Shown here piece by piece: positions 49,546-60,712 of a stretch of DNA of 64,000 nucleotides (position 1 is its first letter; every line of letters starts with the position of its first letter). A program made the translations under genes and the position numbers. The notes under the pieces are model-generated. The model was given only the letters and a program-made list of their open reading frames with translations, was not told where the DNA came from and ran no database searches. Origin of the DNA: Rebecca billardiae RCC1528 (lineage: Eukaryota; Protista; Haptophyta); assembly GCA_965240325.2 (NCBI GenBank), contig OZ251225.1:1178001-1242000 (forward strand), given 5' to 3'.

Positions 49546-52071
49546 TCAGAAAAAGTACCACAGCGTCCGACCCTCGACGAGCCCGAGCTCAGCCGCGGCA
49601 CGGCGCAGCTCGCAAGGCGCGCCGGCGGACGCGCTCGTGACACTGGCCGACTCGTCCGCGCGCCTGAGCGCGACGCAGACCACCGTCGGCCCGCGGATCT
49701 CGCGCGCGTGCACGACGGGCGCCTTGAACGCGGGCCGGAGCGCGTGGTTGCAGTACGTGGTGCCCACGCGCTTCGGGTCGATGTCGGCGAGCGCGACGAT
49801 GCGCGCGCGCGCCTCGGCGGACAGCGCGCTCACAAAGTGCTTGCCGTCGCGCCCCGCGCCCCACACGGTGAACGTGCGCCACTCCGGCAGCTCGAGCACG
49901 CGCCGCTCGAACGCCGCGACGCGCACGGCGAGGAGGCAGCGGCGCGAGACGGTGGAGGTCATCGACGAGGCCGTCCAGCGGTACAGCAGCACAGGCTCGG
50001 AGGGCGAGCCGACGCGGAGCAGCGGCGGGTCGGCCGCGAGCGCGCGCTCGAGCCGGGCGAGCCACGCCGCGCCGCCGCCGCCCTCGGGCGCGGCGCCGGC
50101 GTCATCCTCCTCCGCCGCCGCCGCCGCCGCCCCCTGCGCGGCTCCCGCGCCGTCCGGCGCGGGCGGCGCGGCGCGCAGCAGGTGCCGATAACTGTCGAGC
50201 TGCTTATGCATGAAGTCGAGGTCCTCTGCGGGCGCGCACAGGAAGCCGCCGCACCGCTCGAACGTGGCGCGGGCCATGCACCACGTGGGCATCTGCACGG
50301 TGGTCTCGCGGAACTGCTGCAGCCACAGCTCGAGCGGCGGGAGGCCGTTCGCCCACGTCTCATAGTGCGCGGTCGCGCCGTCCGGCAGCCGGCGCCACGC
50401 GCCGCCGACGATGGCGCGCGGGTGCGCGGCGAGGGCGGACACCTGCGCGTGGATGCGCGTTGGCAGCATGATGTCGTCGGCGTCGAGAAAGAGAAGGACG
50501 GCGCCGCTCGACTGGCGCACCGCCGCGTTCTTCGCGAAGCCGATCCCGCCCGCCGACGCCGACGCGTCCCCGCCCCACCGACTCCCCGAGACGACGGCGG
50601 CCACGCCCGCGCGCCGCAGCCGCCCCGCCCAGTGTCGCACGGCCGCGTCGGTGCCGTCGTCTGACGCGTCGTCGAAGATGCTCACCTCGAGGGGGCCTGG
50701 GTAGGTCTGCGCGAGGACGGAGGCGAGGCACTCGTCCAGCGTGCCCAGCGCATTGTGCGCCGGCACGATCACGCTCACGCGCGGCAGCTCCGTCCCATGC
50801 CCCAGCGCCGCGTGGGGCGCGCCGTGCGCCGACAGCACGCCGCGCGCCGACGGGCGGGTCGGCCGCAGCTCTGCAGCGGCCGCGAGCTGCGCGACCTCGT
50901 CGGCGAGCGCCTGTGCGCTGCGGAGTGGGCGGCGCTTCGGCGGGGGCTCGAGCAGCTCGAGGTCCGAGCCAGCTGAGCCGCGTGCCCGCTGCTTCGCACC
51001 GCTCGCCTCGCCTGCCGCGGTGGCAGCCGCAGCCGGCGCGGGTGCAAGCGCGGGCGCTGTGGCCTCGGGCGCCTCCTCCGCCGCCGTCGCCAATTCCGCC
51101 TCCGCCTCGCCCAGGCCGAGCAGCCGGAGCGCGCGGCCGCCGTGGTCCGCGAAGGCGCGCTCGCTCACGCGCGCCATCCCGTTGTACATCACGCGCGGCA
51201 CGGCCGAGCAGTTCGCCGTGCCCGAGTGCACGAGCCACGGGTGCAGCAGCACGGCATCGCCGATGGCACCGCACACCTGGTGCACGCGCGCGCGCGCGGA
51301 GCTGCCGCCGCCGCTGCCCTCCAGCTCGTAGTCGAGGCTGAGCGCGCCGACGCGGCGGCGTGCGGCGGCCTCACGTGACGACCAGCCGTTCAGCTCCTGG
51401 TGGGTCACGCCGCCCTCTCCCGCCGCGCGCAGCGCCGCGTACACCCAGCGGTGGCTGCCGCGAATCAGCGCGGTGCCGCCGCCGCCGGGCTCGCACGCCG
51501 AGCCGAGCACAAGGAGCACGCAGCCCTGGTAGCGGTGGCCGGCGAGGGTACGCCGCTCGTCGGTGCTGAAGCCCGGGCCGATGTCCACGTGCCATCCTCG
51601 CCAGCGCTGCCCGCGCCGGTTCACCGGCGACCACGCCGGCGCGCCTGCGTCCTCCGGGAAGACGATAGGCGCGTACCAGTGCCGCACAGGGATGCGCCCG
51701 CCGCCGGCCGGCGGGCCCGAGTTGATGGGCAGCTCCCAGTCGCCCGGCCCGAGGAGGGCGTCCAGCGCGGCAGTGAGCGGCGGCGAGCTCACGAGGGCGC
51801 GCCACGCCGCCGTGTCGCCCGGCGGCGTCACCTCCACCACGCGGCGCGTGCTCGCTCGCGGCCACGAGGCCGGCCGGGCGAGCTCGATCGGCTCCGTGCC
51901 GACCTCGCCGCTCTCCGGCGGGATGGAGGGCGCGGCGATCTCGCGCTCGAGCTGCTCGCGCAGCGCATCCATCGTCTCGCGGCCCACCGCGCCTCTCACG
52001 TACACGAAGCCTTCGCGCGCGAATGCTTCTCTCACGGCCTCCGCATGGCGCTTGACGGATGCGGACTCCAT
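49546..52071 (-). CDS. Fusion of a PhyH-like 2OG-Fe(II) dioxygenase and a B3GNTL1/QTGAL-like GT2 glycosyltransferase
   Basis: N-half: FAREGFVYVRGAV, WHVD, GGTALIRGSH, GDAVLLHPWLVHSG..R. C-half: VSVIVPAHNA..LDECL, GIGFAKNAAVRQSSG, FLDADDIM, TVQMPTW, EDL, FTVWGAGRDGK, DIDPKRV and LGLVEG..YF. One uninterrupted frame. Confidence 0.88.
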   Translation of the reverse strand: MESASVKRHAEAVREAFAREGFVYVRGAVGRETMDALREQLEREIAAPSIPPESGEVGTEPIELARPASWPRASTRRVVEVTPPGDTAAWRALVSSPPLTAALDALLGPGDWELPINSGPPAGGGRIPVRHWYAPIVFPEDAGAPAWSPVNRRGQRWRGWHVDIGPGFSTDERRTLAGHRYQGCVLLVLGSACEPGGGGTALIRGSHRWVYAALRAAGEGGVTHQELNGWSSREAAARRRVGALSLDYELEGSGGGSSARARVHQVCGAIGDAVLLHPWLVHSGTANCSAVPRVMYNGMARVSERAFADHGGRALRLLGLGEAEAELATAAEEAPEATAPALAPAPAAAATAAGEASGAKQRARGSAGSDLELLEPPPKRRPLRSAQALADEVAQLAAAAELRPTRPSARGVLSAHGAPHAALGHGTELPRVSVIVPAHNALGTLDECLASVLAQTYPGPLEVSIFDDASDDGTDAAVRHWAGRLRRAGVAAVVSGSRWGGDASASAGGIGFAKNAAVRQSSGAVLLFLDADDIMLPTRIHAQVSALAAHPRAIVGGAWRRLPDGATAHYETWANGLPPLELWLQQFRETTVQMPTWCMARATFERCGGFLCAPAEDLDFMHKQLDSYRHLLRAAPPAPDGAGAAQGAAAAAAEEDDAGAAPEGGGGAAWLARLERALAADPPLLRVGSPSEPVLLYRWTASSMTSTVSRRCLLAVRVAAFERRVLELPEWRTFTVWGAGRDGKHFVSALSAEARARIVALADIDPKRVGTTYCNHALRPAFKAPVVHAREIRGPTVVCVALRRADESASVTSASAGAPCELRRAAAELGLVEGRTLWYFF

Positions 52072-52165
52072 CCTGCCACTTTGGACTCTGGCACTTTGCA
52101 CGACGGAGTCCGGGAGCGGAGCCACGGTGCCCCTCGGTGTGGCAACTCGGACTCGCCGTCCAACG

Positions 52166-53328
52166 ATGCCGGTGAGCGCCGCGATCGACTCGACATCGGC
52201 GGCGCTGGGCGCGCTCCTCGCGACGCTCGCGCTCTATCCGCTCGATGTGGCGAAGACGCGCATCCAAGCCGAGCCGGGGACCTCCCGCGAGCGCGGCACC
52301 CTGGCCATGTGCGCGCGCATCGCGCGAGAGGACGGGCCGCTCGCGCTGCTTGTGGGCGTGACGCCCAAGGCGGTGTCCACCGTGTTGTCCAACTTTGCGT
52401 TCTTCTACTTCCTCGCGGCGCTGAAGCGCGCGTACTCGCGGGTCGGCCGTCCGCCGGGTACCGCCGCCAGTCTGGCCATGGGCTCGCTCGCGGGTGCGCT
52501 CAACATGTCGGTCACGCTGCCAACCGAGACCGTCACGACACGGCTGCAGGCGGCGAGCGCGGCGAATCAGGAGGGGCTGTTCTCGAGCATGGCGAACATT
52601 TACGACGAAGAGGGCATTCTCGGGTGCGTTGCCCCACGCCGCGCGCGTCGCGCGCGGCCGCGTCGTGGCCCGCCAGCCTCCCGCCTCTCACCTCGCGTCC
52701 GCCGCCACACGCGTTGCGCCCTCGGACGATCCCGCGGGGTGCCCACAGGTTCTGGCGGGGCTATTTTGCATCGCTGATCCTGGTGATCAATCCGGCGATC
52801 CATATGACGGTGTTCGATGCGCTCAAGGCGCGCGTGCTGCGCGCCGCCAGCGCGCTGCAGGGCCGGCCGGTGCGCGCGCTCACCGCGGCGCAGGCGTTCC
52901 TCCTGGGCGCCCTCTCCAAGGCGCTGGCCACCGTACTCACTTACCCACTTATCCGGGTCAAGGTGCTGCAGCAGGCGGGGAAGCGGCGCGCGGAGGCTGG
53001 CGCCAAGCCTGGCGAGCCCGAGGGCGCCGGCGCCACGCGAGACGCCGCTCGCCCGCCGGCGCAGCAGCCGGCTGGCACTGCGGAGCTGCTGGCTGCCATC
53101 TGGCGCGCCGAGGGCGCGCGGGGGCTGTACAAGGGGTGCGACGCACAGCTGCTGACGACCGTGCTCAAGAGCGGGCTTCTGCTCATGAGCAAGGAGCAGG
53201 TGCTCCGCCTGACGATACGGCTGCTGCGTGGTGGCGCTCGTGGGCGCGCTGGCTCTGCTGCGCAAGCGCTAGTCCCCCGATCCGCGACGACAGCAGCAGC
53301 GACGGCGGCAGGGCTTAGGGCAGGCTAG
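52166..53328 (+). CDS. Mitochondrial-carrier-family protein of peroxisomal PMP34/SLC25A17/ANT1 type; intron at 52624-52748
   Basis: Three Px[DE]xx[KR]-like motifs (YPLDVAKTRIQ, LPTETVTTRLQ, TYPLIRVKV); LVINPAI; AFLLGALSKALATVLTYP. Confidence 0.85.
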
Positions 53329-55516
53329 AGCCGCTGAGCCGGAGTCTGCGGCCTGGCAGCCCTGAGGTGAGTTGCCCACCGGGCCTGCTGTGGACCGGCG
53401 TGGGGCAAGATGCGTGACGAGGTCACCATTCGCCATGCCATGCTGTTGCCGATGCATGCCGCCACCGAGTGCTAAGTGTGCCATGCCGCCGAATGGGCAT
53501 GCCATGCGGCGGGACATCGGACTGCCACAAGGCACAATTGAAAATGCGGTTAATGTCGTCGTCAATGACAATGGGATGAAGCGGGCCGCCGGGCCGGGAT
53601 CGGCGTGATTCGGCGTCGGCCGCCGGCTGAATAGACAGAATAATGGCCCGCGGTGCAGGGCGGAGCGCGCAGCGTGGAGCCCGCACCAGCGGGCCCGAAG
53701 TCCGAACCACGTTTCATTGAAAAGATCTTTGATCATCAAGAAAAAAGGGACGGGGGGCGGCGGAAAAAAAGGGACGGGGGGGCTCCGGTCACTGTCCGGG
53801 ACGTCCAGCAGGGGTGCATTCAGACTCTCTGGGGGGGTCTGGGGGGGGCTCCCCCCAGCCGATCGAAGGACCAAATACGCCTCAATAAGGCCCCAACTCG
53901 CCAGAATTCGCATAGCAGACCGTGTTCGCTGGTGTTGGCTGAGGGCTGCATCGTGCGGCGTCGGCTCTGCGCCGGGCGGCCATGACGCATTACACACAGC
54001 CCCGATATCGGCGCCTCCCTCGCGAGTCAAGACGTAGCGCAGTGCAGGATCGAGCAACGCATTGACCGCTGCGGCGCACCGCGCAGGCCACGCCGCACCT
54101 CAGCACTCGCGAACAAGCTCTGAGCCAGCCAGCTGTGGCAGTCCTCTGAGGAGCTGCAGCCAAGCACGAGCTCGTGCGCATACCCGTGGCACCACGAGCT
54201 GACGGCGCGGCCCGGGGCGCGAGCAGCTAGAAGCCGACAAGCTCATGCGCACGCCCGCACCGCCGCGAGGTGTGGCCGCCGGCGCGAGCAGCTCGACGCG
54301 GATAGCGCGCAGCTTGCTCGAGTCGACGAGCAGCTTCTCGCCCATCGGTGACTCTCAGTGCACGAAGGTGCACCCGGGGCGCGAGCGCGACAGGGTGCCG
54401 CGGCCAACCAGCGGATGCGCCCGGATCAAGGCCTCCAAGGCGTCTCGTCTCCTCGCCCGCTCGGCGGAGCTCCATCGTGCGAGAGACCGGTCCGGGAGCC
54501 CCCAAAAAAGTTCAGCACGATGGAGTCCTCAGTGTTCGACTGTGACGACGCGTTCAAGGACAAAGAAACATACGAAATCGTCTGCGGCTTCGGTTTTGAA
54601 CCTGCGGCTTCGTCCGCCGCCCCGGAGATCTTTCGATTGGTACCCTCATCGCTCCCTGGCTCCCAGGGGTTCGTCTAAATGCACCCCCCCCATAGGGTCA
54701 GTGGACGTCCCTGACTGTGGCTGGAGCCGGGGGCGATTTTTAGGGCTGGCGGAGACCGAGTTTCGAGTTTTTGAGATCGCATAGCAGAGAGGTCTATTAG
54801 GCCGAAAAAGAGCGCGCCCAGCTGATTCCATAAGTAATCGATGGACGGGACGTGAGCCTGGCCGTGACTTTAGTGTAACGGTTCGTTACGAGCGAATCGT
54901 ACTCGTCTTCCCGGATCGCGTGACGTCCGGACTGGGCCACATCCGGATCGTCGGACGGGTGAGTGGTGACGTGCCCCGGCAGTCGGCACGATGGGCGATG
55001 GCGGATATGCGGGACGGCGCCTGCACGTGCCTCCGGACCCGCCTCCCGCTTGCTGCTCACGCAGTCAGCTGCGACCGTGGCGCATGATCGCAGAAGCAGT
55101 GCCGGCAGTACGGCCTGCATCAGCTAGTGCCGCGCCGTCGTGGCGCGCGCGGTACGGTTGCGCGTTTGCAGCGCTCGCCGCTCGGCGACGGCACGCGCGT
55201 GCGGCTCAGGTGTGTCAAATGCGGTCTCGTCGGCGCGCTTTCGCCTGCCACCTCGTGCACCCGTGCCGCCAGTTTCATCGTCTTCATGAGGACTGCTGCT
55301 GCTGTCGCCATCCGCTCTCCATCACCCCGAGTCGCCGGTCGCGCGGGCGCGCGCCGGTAGGCACTAGGTAGGCAGGGCGTACGGTCACTCACCCGTGCAA
55401 CGGGTCAAGTGGCCAGAGTACGTCTGGTCGTTGGCTGGCACGGGCCGCAGCGCTAAAGCACCCTGCTGTCACACCCGACTCCTTCAGTACTCCGAGCTCC
55501 GCGGCACGACTCACTC

Positions 55517-55662
55517 GGCACGATCGCGGACGGGTCGGATCCGAGCTGATCAGCCAGAGTTGGACACAGTTTGGCAGCTACTAGTAGTAATTCCGATGCC
55601 GATGGCACGATCGCGGACGGGTCGGATCCGAGCTGATCAGCCAGTTGGACATTTGGCAGCTA
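55517..55662. repeat. Two-copy direct repeat (~87-bp period)
   Basis: GGCACGATCGCGGACGGGTCGGATCCGAGCTGATCAGCCAG at ~55517 and ~55604, each followed by TTGGACA..TTTGGCAGCTA. Confidence 0.8.
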
Positions 55663-56986
55663 GTTGTCAGACGGACGTCCGATTTGACGACCGGTGCCGG
55701 GTGCGGTCTCAGGTCCGCTGCTGTGATTGTGTGAAGTGTGAATGAGTCTCGCGGTCGCGCAGGCAGGGCGACGGTCGGACTAATAGCTTCAGTCATCTCA
55801 GAACCGACTTCAACTGGCGAACTGCCACTACGGCGGAGAGCCGCGATTGCACGGCCACCGCGGGCCCCCAACTGCGTTGATTCTATGCAGAAAAGGACCG
55901 CGGAACGCGGTCATATATCGTCATCACTCAGTGTGCCAATGAACTTACATACTGTATCAAGTTAACTACATGGTCATGCACTATGCAGCATTGAGTGAGT
56001 AGCTATGCACGGTGAGTGGTGCCGACTTTGAGCTAGTGCTGCTGAATTGGCGCGGCTGATGATTCGGATGATGCGGCGCGGGATTGGTGGCGCCGCGCGC
56101 GGCCGCCGCGCGGCGCGCCGACGCTCCGGCGACGCTCGCGTCCGGCTCGCCGCCTCCGGCCGGCTCGGGCAATCAACCGCCGGATTATTATAAATTCAAT
56201 TCAATATATATATATTAAGGCGCAACCGGACGACGCAGACTCTATGTCGACGATTCGGCTCCGGTCCCGGACCACGTGCGAAATATTATGCCACGACGAC
56301 GATATTCGTCCGTCGGGAGTCCGAAGACTCCGAAGTATCGTTTCGATTATCGTCGTCGTATATGAGCAGCTACCGCTGCGCCCGAGTGGCATCGTCGTCT
56401 ATCTCACCGTGAAATGTGAATCCGACGAGTCCGCGAGACCGCGGCGCCGGCGCCGGAGATGCAGCAGTGCCAGCAGAGAGCGGCTGATCGGTCCGCTGAT
56501 GATCAAAATTGCGCATACCGCCGCCCCGCTGACGACATCGAGCCGCCCACCCGAGTGCAGAGCGCCCCTTCGGCCTTGGCCGTACGTGCCGCTCTTTGCA
56601 AGCGCCATATATGGCTGGATCCGTCGTCACAGCTGCAGCATCCACGCTGCCCAGCTGCAGCCGCAGGCTGTCAGTGAGCAGCGCGGAGGCTTCCCCTCCT
56701 GAGCCGAGCTGCCGCGATCGGCCGTGTTGTTGCCCCTCGTCCTCGAGGCCTTGGGCGGCCAACGACAGCAGGCACAGGTCAGATGCAGCGGGCGCCTGCG
56801 CCCGCTGCTCAGCGTGCTCTCTTGCTCACGCCAGCCGCTCAAACTACCTGCGTGGCCTGCGCGCGGAGGCGAAGTCGGCGCGCGTGCGCGCGCACGAATG
56901 CCGCTCCAGCTCAGCGCCTCACGGGGCGAGCGCGAGCCGAGTGCCCGGCCTCATCGGCTGGTCCAGCCGTCCCCCGCATGCGCCAT

Positions 56987-57229
56987 TCACTTCTTCTGCA
57001 CCATGCGGTTCATGATGAACATGGATGTGTCCAGATACCGGCCCGCGCAGTTCGAGATGCAGTTCGCCTCGCTCGAGTCGAGCTTGTTGCCCGGCTTGGT
57101 GACGCACTTGTCGAAGCACATCTCCGACAGCTTGCCAATGGCCGCCTGGATCACCGCCTTCTGGTTCTCCAGCTCCAGGAAGGACTGGAGCTCCTTCGCG
57201 TCACGCTCGTCCGCGGCGCTGGGCGGCAT
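56987..57229 (-). CDS. TIM8: Mitochondrial small Tim chaperone Tim8
   Basis: Twin CX3C motifs (CFDKC, CISNC), ELQSFLELE and RYLDTS; 80 aa. Confidence 0.9.
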   Translation of the reverse strand: MPPSAADERDAKELQSFLELENQKAVIQAAIGKLSEMCFDKCVTKPGNKLDSSEANCISNCAGRYLDTSMFIMNRMVQKK

Positions 57230-57282
57230 AGTAGCTCGCGCAGCCACGTGCAAGGGCTGAGGCTCGGCTGACGAAATCAACG

Positions 57283-60200
57283 ATGGCGCTCCGCTTGCCG
57301 AAGATCGAGCCGATCGAGGCCAGAGCGCTCGCCGCGGCGGCCGAGGCGGAGAGCGCACGCCTCGAAGCCGAGCTGCTCGCGACCGAAGAGAGTGCACGCA
57401 CGCTCGCCGCGCGGGCCTCGCAGCATGTCGCTGCGACCTCGCAGCGCGCCGGCGAGCTCGAGGCGCGCGCGGCCACGGTGCGTGCCGAGCTCGCCAAGTA
57501 CGAATCGTCACGTGCGCACGCGCTCGCAGCGGAGGTGCGCGACCTGATGCGCACGATCGGGACGTTCGAGGCTGCGCGCGAGTACGTGCGCGCGCTGCTC
57601 GCCGCCGAGACGTGCGCGCGCACGTGCGAGCGCGCCCTCGAGGCGGGCGACAGCGCGGGCGCGCACGCGGCGCTGCTGAAGATGTTCGAGCTGGCGGGCA
57701 GCGTGCACGCCGAGCTGGCGCAGCGCGAGCGCGAGCAGGTGGCGCGCACGCCCGTCGACCCTCGCTACACCGCGAGCGCGCGCGCGCGAGACCGCGCGCG
57801 CGACCTGATCGCGCGCGTGCGCGCGGCTCTCGCCTCGGATGTGGCGCGCGCGCTGCCGAGTGTCAGCGCGGACGCTGGCGCGGTCGGCGGCGGCGCGGCC
57901 GCGCCGGCGTCGCCGGAGGGCGGCGGCGGCGGCGCGCGGGCGACATCCGACGCCGACGACGCCCTCGCCACGGCCATCGACCGGCTGCTCGCGCTCCAGC
58001 TCGCGGCGATGCGCATCGGAGGACAGGAGGCGGCCGCCGACGGCGCGGGCCGCGCGGCCGGTGCCTCGGCACTGGGCGGGCGGCACACCGAGGGCGCGGG
58101 CGAAGACGAGGCTGACGAGCCGCCGACGCCCACGCCTCTAGGCGCCGCCGCCAGCCCCGCCGCCACCCTCGCCGACGAGGCCGACGCGGCTGGCGGCCCG
58201 CAGCTGTGGGCGCTCGAGGCGCTGGCAGCGCCCGCCGTGCGGCGCTTTCGATTTCACTTCTGCGCCAAGAAGCCGACCAATCGGCTCGACCGGCCGGGGT
58301 GGGCCATGGCGCAGATCGTGACAGTGGCGCGCGCGCACGAGGCGCTCTGCCGCACGCGCGTGCAGCCGCTGCTCTCCGGCCCGCGCGCGTCCGCCGAGGC
58401 GCGCGCCCTGTGCGCGAGGCTGCGCGTCGGCGGTGCGCACGACGCTTTTGTCTCAAGTCTCGTGCGCGCGCACGCGGCCAAGCTGGCGGCGGAGTGGCCG
58501 TCGTACGGCGCGGAGGAGGCGGAGGTGCTGGCGTGCGCGCTGATCGACGAGCTCGTCGCCTTCGAGCGCCAGCTCCGCGGCCCGCTCGCCCTCCCGCCCC
58601 GCCTGCCCGGACCGCTCGCCCATTTTGTCCGGCTGCCTGGCGCGCTCGAGCGCTGGGTGCAGCTGGAGGCTGGCGCGGCGCGCGCGCGGCTCAGCGGCGC
58701 GCTCGCGGAGGCGCGCGCGTGGGCGGAGGCCGCGCCGGCGGAGGGCTCCGCGCGTGGCGGCCAGGGCCATCGCCTCGGCCCGGCGCACGACGGCGGCAGC
58801 GCCGGCGGCGAGGGCGCGGCCGGCCGCGCCGGAGCCGCGGCCGCTGCGGCGCCGGCCTCGTATCAGTCTGACGCCGCGTGGGCGCTGAGGCCGCCTCACG
58901 GCGCTGCGGAGCTGAGCTCGCTGCTGCGCTCGGCGACGGCGCGGTGCGAGCTCGCGCCGCGCGTCGCGCACGCCGCCTTCGCCTCGCACGTCCTCAGCCC
59001 GCTCGCCGAGGCGTACGCGCAGGAGGTGCGCACCCGGCTCGCGCGCGCTCGGCTCAGCAGCTCGGTGCTGCGGCGCGCGGCCGCACTCGCCCTCGACGCG
59101 GAGGTGGAGGAGGGGATGAGCGTGCTGGCGAACGGGGCGGCGTTCGGCGGCGCGGTGATCGTCGAGCTGCGGTGGCAGCGGCCGTGGCTCGACCTCGAGC
59201 TCGACGCGGAGCCGCACGCAGCCGCACGCGCCGACGCGTCAGGAGCGGCGGCCGCGGCCGCGCTCGCAGCCGAGCGAGGTCTGGCCCCGGAGCGGGCCGG
59301 CACGCGCGCGGCCGCGCGCGCGGAGGCCGAGCATCGCGCCGCTGGCGAGGGGGGCGGAGGCGAGGGCGTGGCGGCGGGTGACGACGACGACGAGGAGGAG
59401 GACGACAACGACGACGGCGACCACCACGACGACGACGGCGCGGACTCAGACGCGGCGACAAATGCCAAGGGTGGGGCGGAGGGCGAGGACGGCGATGCCG
59501 CTCCGCGCGCCGCGCGCCGCGCGCGCCGCGCGGCGCGCCGGCTGGCTGCGGCGGGCGCCGCGCTCGAAGGCCTGAGCGCCGAGTGCGTGGACCACCTCGT
59601 GTACGTGTGCGTGCGCGTGCGCTTCCTGCCCGCGGCGGCCGAGTACTTGAACGCCCGCGCAGCGCCTGGCGCCACGGAGCCGCCCGCCGCCGCCACAGAC
59701 CCGGCGCGGCGGCGCGGCAGCGCGGGCGCGCGGCTCGCTCGCGACGTCTCGCCCTCGCTGTGCGCTGGGCTGCGCGCGCTCTCGGACGCGCTGCGCGCCG
59801 CGCGCACGCACCTCGCGCCGTCGCTGTTCCGCCGCGTGCGCCGAGCGGTCGCGGCGCAGGTGGACGGCGCGCTGTACGCCCAGCTCCTCTGCCGCGTCCC
59901 GTTCTCAGCCGCCGCTGTCGAGCAGATGCGCTGGGACGCGCACGCGCTGAGCGCGCTGCTCGGACCGTCGCCGCCGGCGCGGCCTGCCGCGCAGCTCCGC
60001 CGCACGGCGGGCGTGTGCCGGCTGCTCTCGAGCGGCGGCGAGGCGCTCGTCGAGCTCGACTCGGTGCTCCGGCGTGCCCAGTCAGCGCACACCGCCGCCG
60101 CCGCCGCCGCCGATGCCGCCGATGGCTCAGCTGCTGATCCGGGCAGTGGCGGCGCGGCCGCGGCGCCCGCGCGCGCACGGCTCGGCGAGCTTGGCGTTTG

Positions 60201-60366
60201 CGCGCTGGGTGTGGACGATGCGCGCACGCTGCTGCGCAACAGCCTCGCGCTACTCCGCGACTCACCCCCGCTCCGGCCCGCATCTGTACTCGCACGGGAC
60301 GGCGCTGGTGCCTCGAGGGGATTCACGGGCGCGGCAGGCGCCACGGAGGCGTCATCCCTGCTCTGA
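57283..60366 (+). CDS. RINT1/Tip20-family tethering protein
   Basis: RFRFHFCAKKPTNRLDRPGW signature, LIDELVAFERQL, and C-terminal FSAAAVEQMRWD. Confidence 0.8.
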   Translation: MALRLPKIEPIEARALAAAAEAESARLEAELLATEESARTLAARASQHVAATSQRAGELEARAATVRAELAKYESSRAHALAAEVRDLMRTIGTFEAAREYVRALLAAETCARTCERALEAGDSAGAHAALLKMFELAGSVHAELAQREREQVARTPVDPRYTASARARDRARDLIARVRAALASDVARALPSVSADAGAVGGGAAAPASPEGGGGGARATSDADDALATAIDRLLALQLAAMRIGGQEAAADGAGRAAGASALGGRHTEGAGEDEADEPPTPTPLGAAASPAATLADEADAAGGPQLWALEALAAPAVRRFRFHFCAKKPTNRLDRPGWAMAQIVTVARAHEALCRTRVQPLLSGPRASAEARALCARLRVGGAHDAFVSSLVRAHAAKLAAEWPSYGAEEAEVLACALIDELVAFERQLRGPLALPPRLPGPLAHFVRLPGALERWVQLEAGAARARLSGALAEARAWAEAAPAEGSARGGQGHRLGPAHDGGSAGGEGAAGRAGAAAAAAPASYQSDAAWALRPPHGAAELSSLLRSATARCELAPRVAHAAFASHVLSPLAEAYAQEVRTRLARARLSSSVLRRAAALALDAEVEEGMSVLANGAAFGGAVIVELRWQRPWLDLELDAEPHAAARADASGAAAAAALAAERGLAPERAGTRAAARAEAEHRAAGEGGGGEGVAAGDDDDEEEDDNDDGDHHDDDGADSDAATNAKGGAEGEDGDAAPRAARRARRAARRLAAAGAALEGLSAECVDHLVYVCVRVRFLPAAAEYLNARAAPGATEPPAAATDPARRRGSAGARLARDVSPSLCAGLRALSDALRAARTHLAPSLFRRVRRAVAAQVDGALYAQLLCRVPFSAAAVEQMRWDAHALSALLGPSPPARPAAQLRRTAGVCRLLSSGGEALVELDSVLRRAQSAHTAAAAAADAADGSAADPGSGGAAAAPARARLGELGVCALGVDDARTLLRNSLALLRDSPPLRPASVLARDGAGASRGFTGAAGATEASSLL

Positions 60367-60712
60367 GTCTGAGTCTGAGTAGACCTGATCGACTGCTGAG
60401 TCGTCTGACTAGGACTACTACGGTACGACTACGCGCCTACTCTACGAGCCGAGTATAACTACTATATATAGTAGTAGTCATGGCATCACTCCAGGGCTCC
60501 AGGCGTATCAGACATGCGGTCGTACTACGCGGTCGTGATGGCGGTGATGGCCCAGTTCACTGGCAGTTGGGACCAGGCTCAGGCGGCTGTCGCGGACGCA
60601 CTGCTTGATGCTGCCGCGCGGGCGGCGTGGAACTGAGCGAGAGCGCGGATATGCCGTGTGGCAGTGCCGCCCAGATCGACCACCATCCACGACTCGCGAT
60701 CGCCAATGATGA

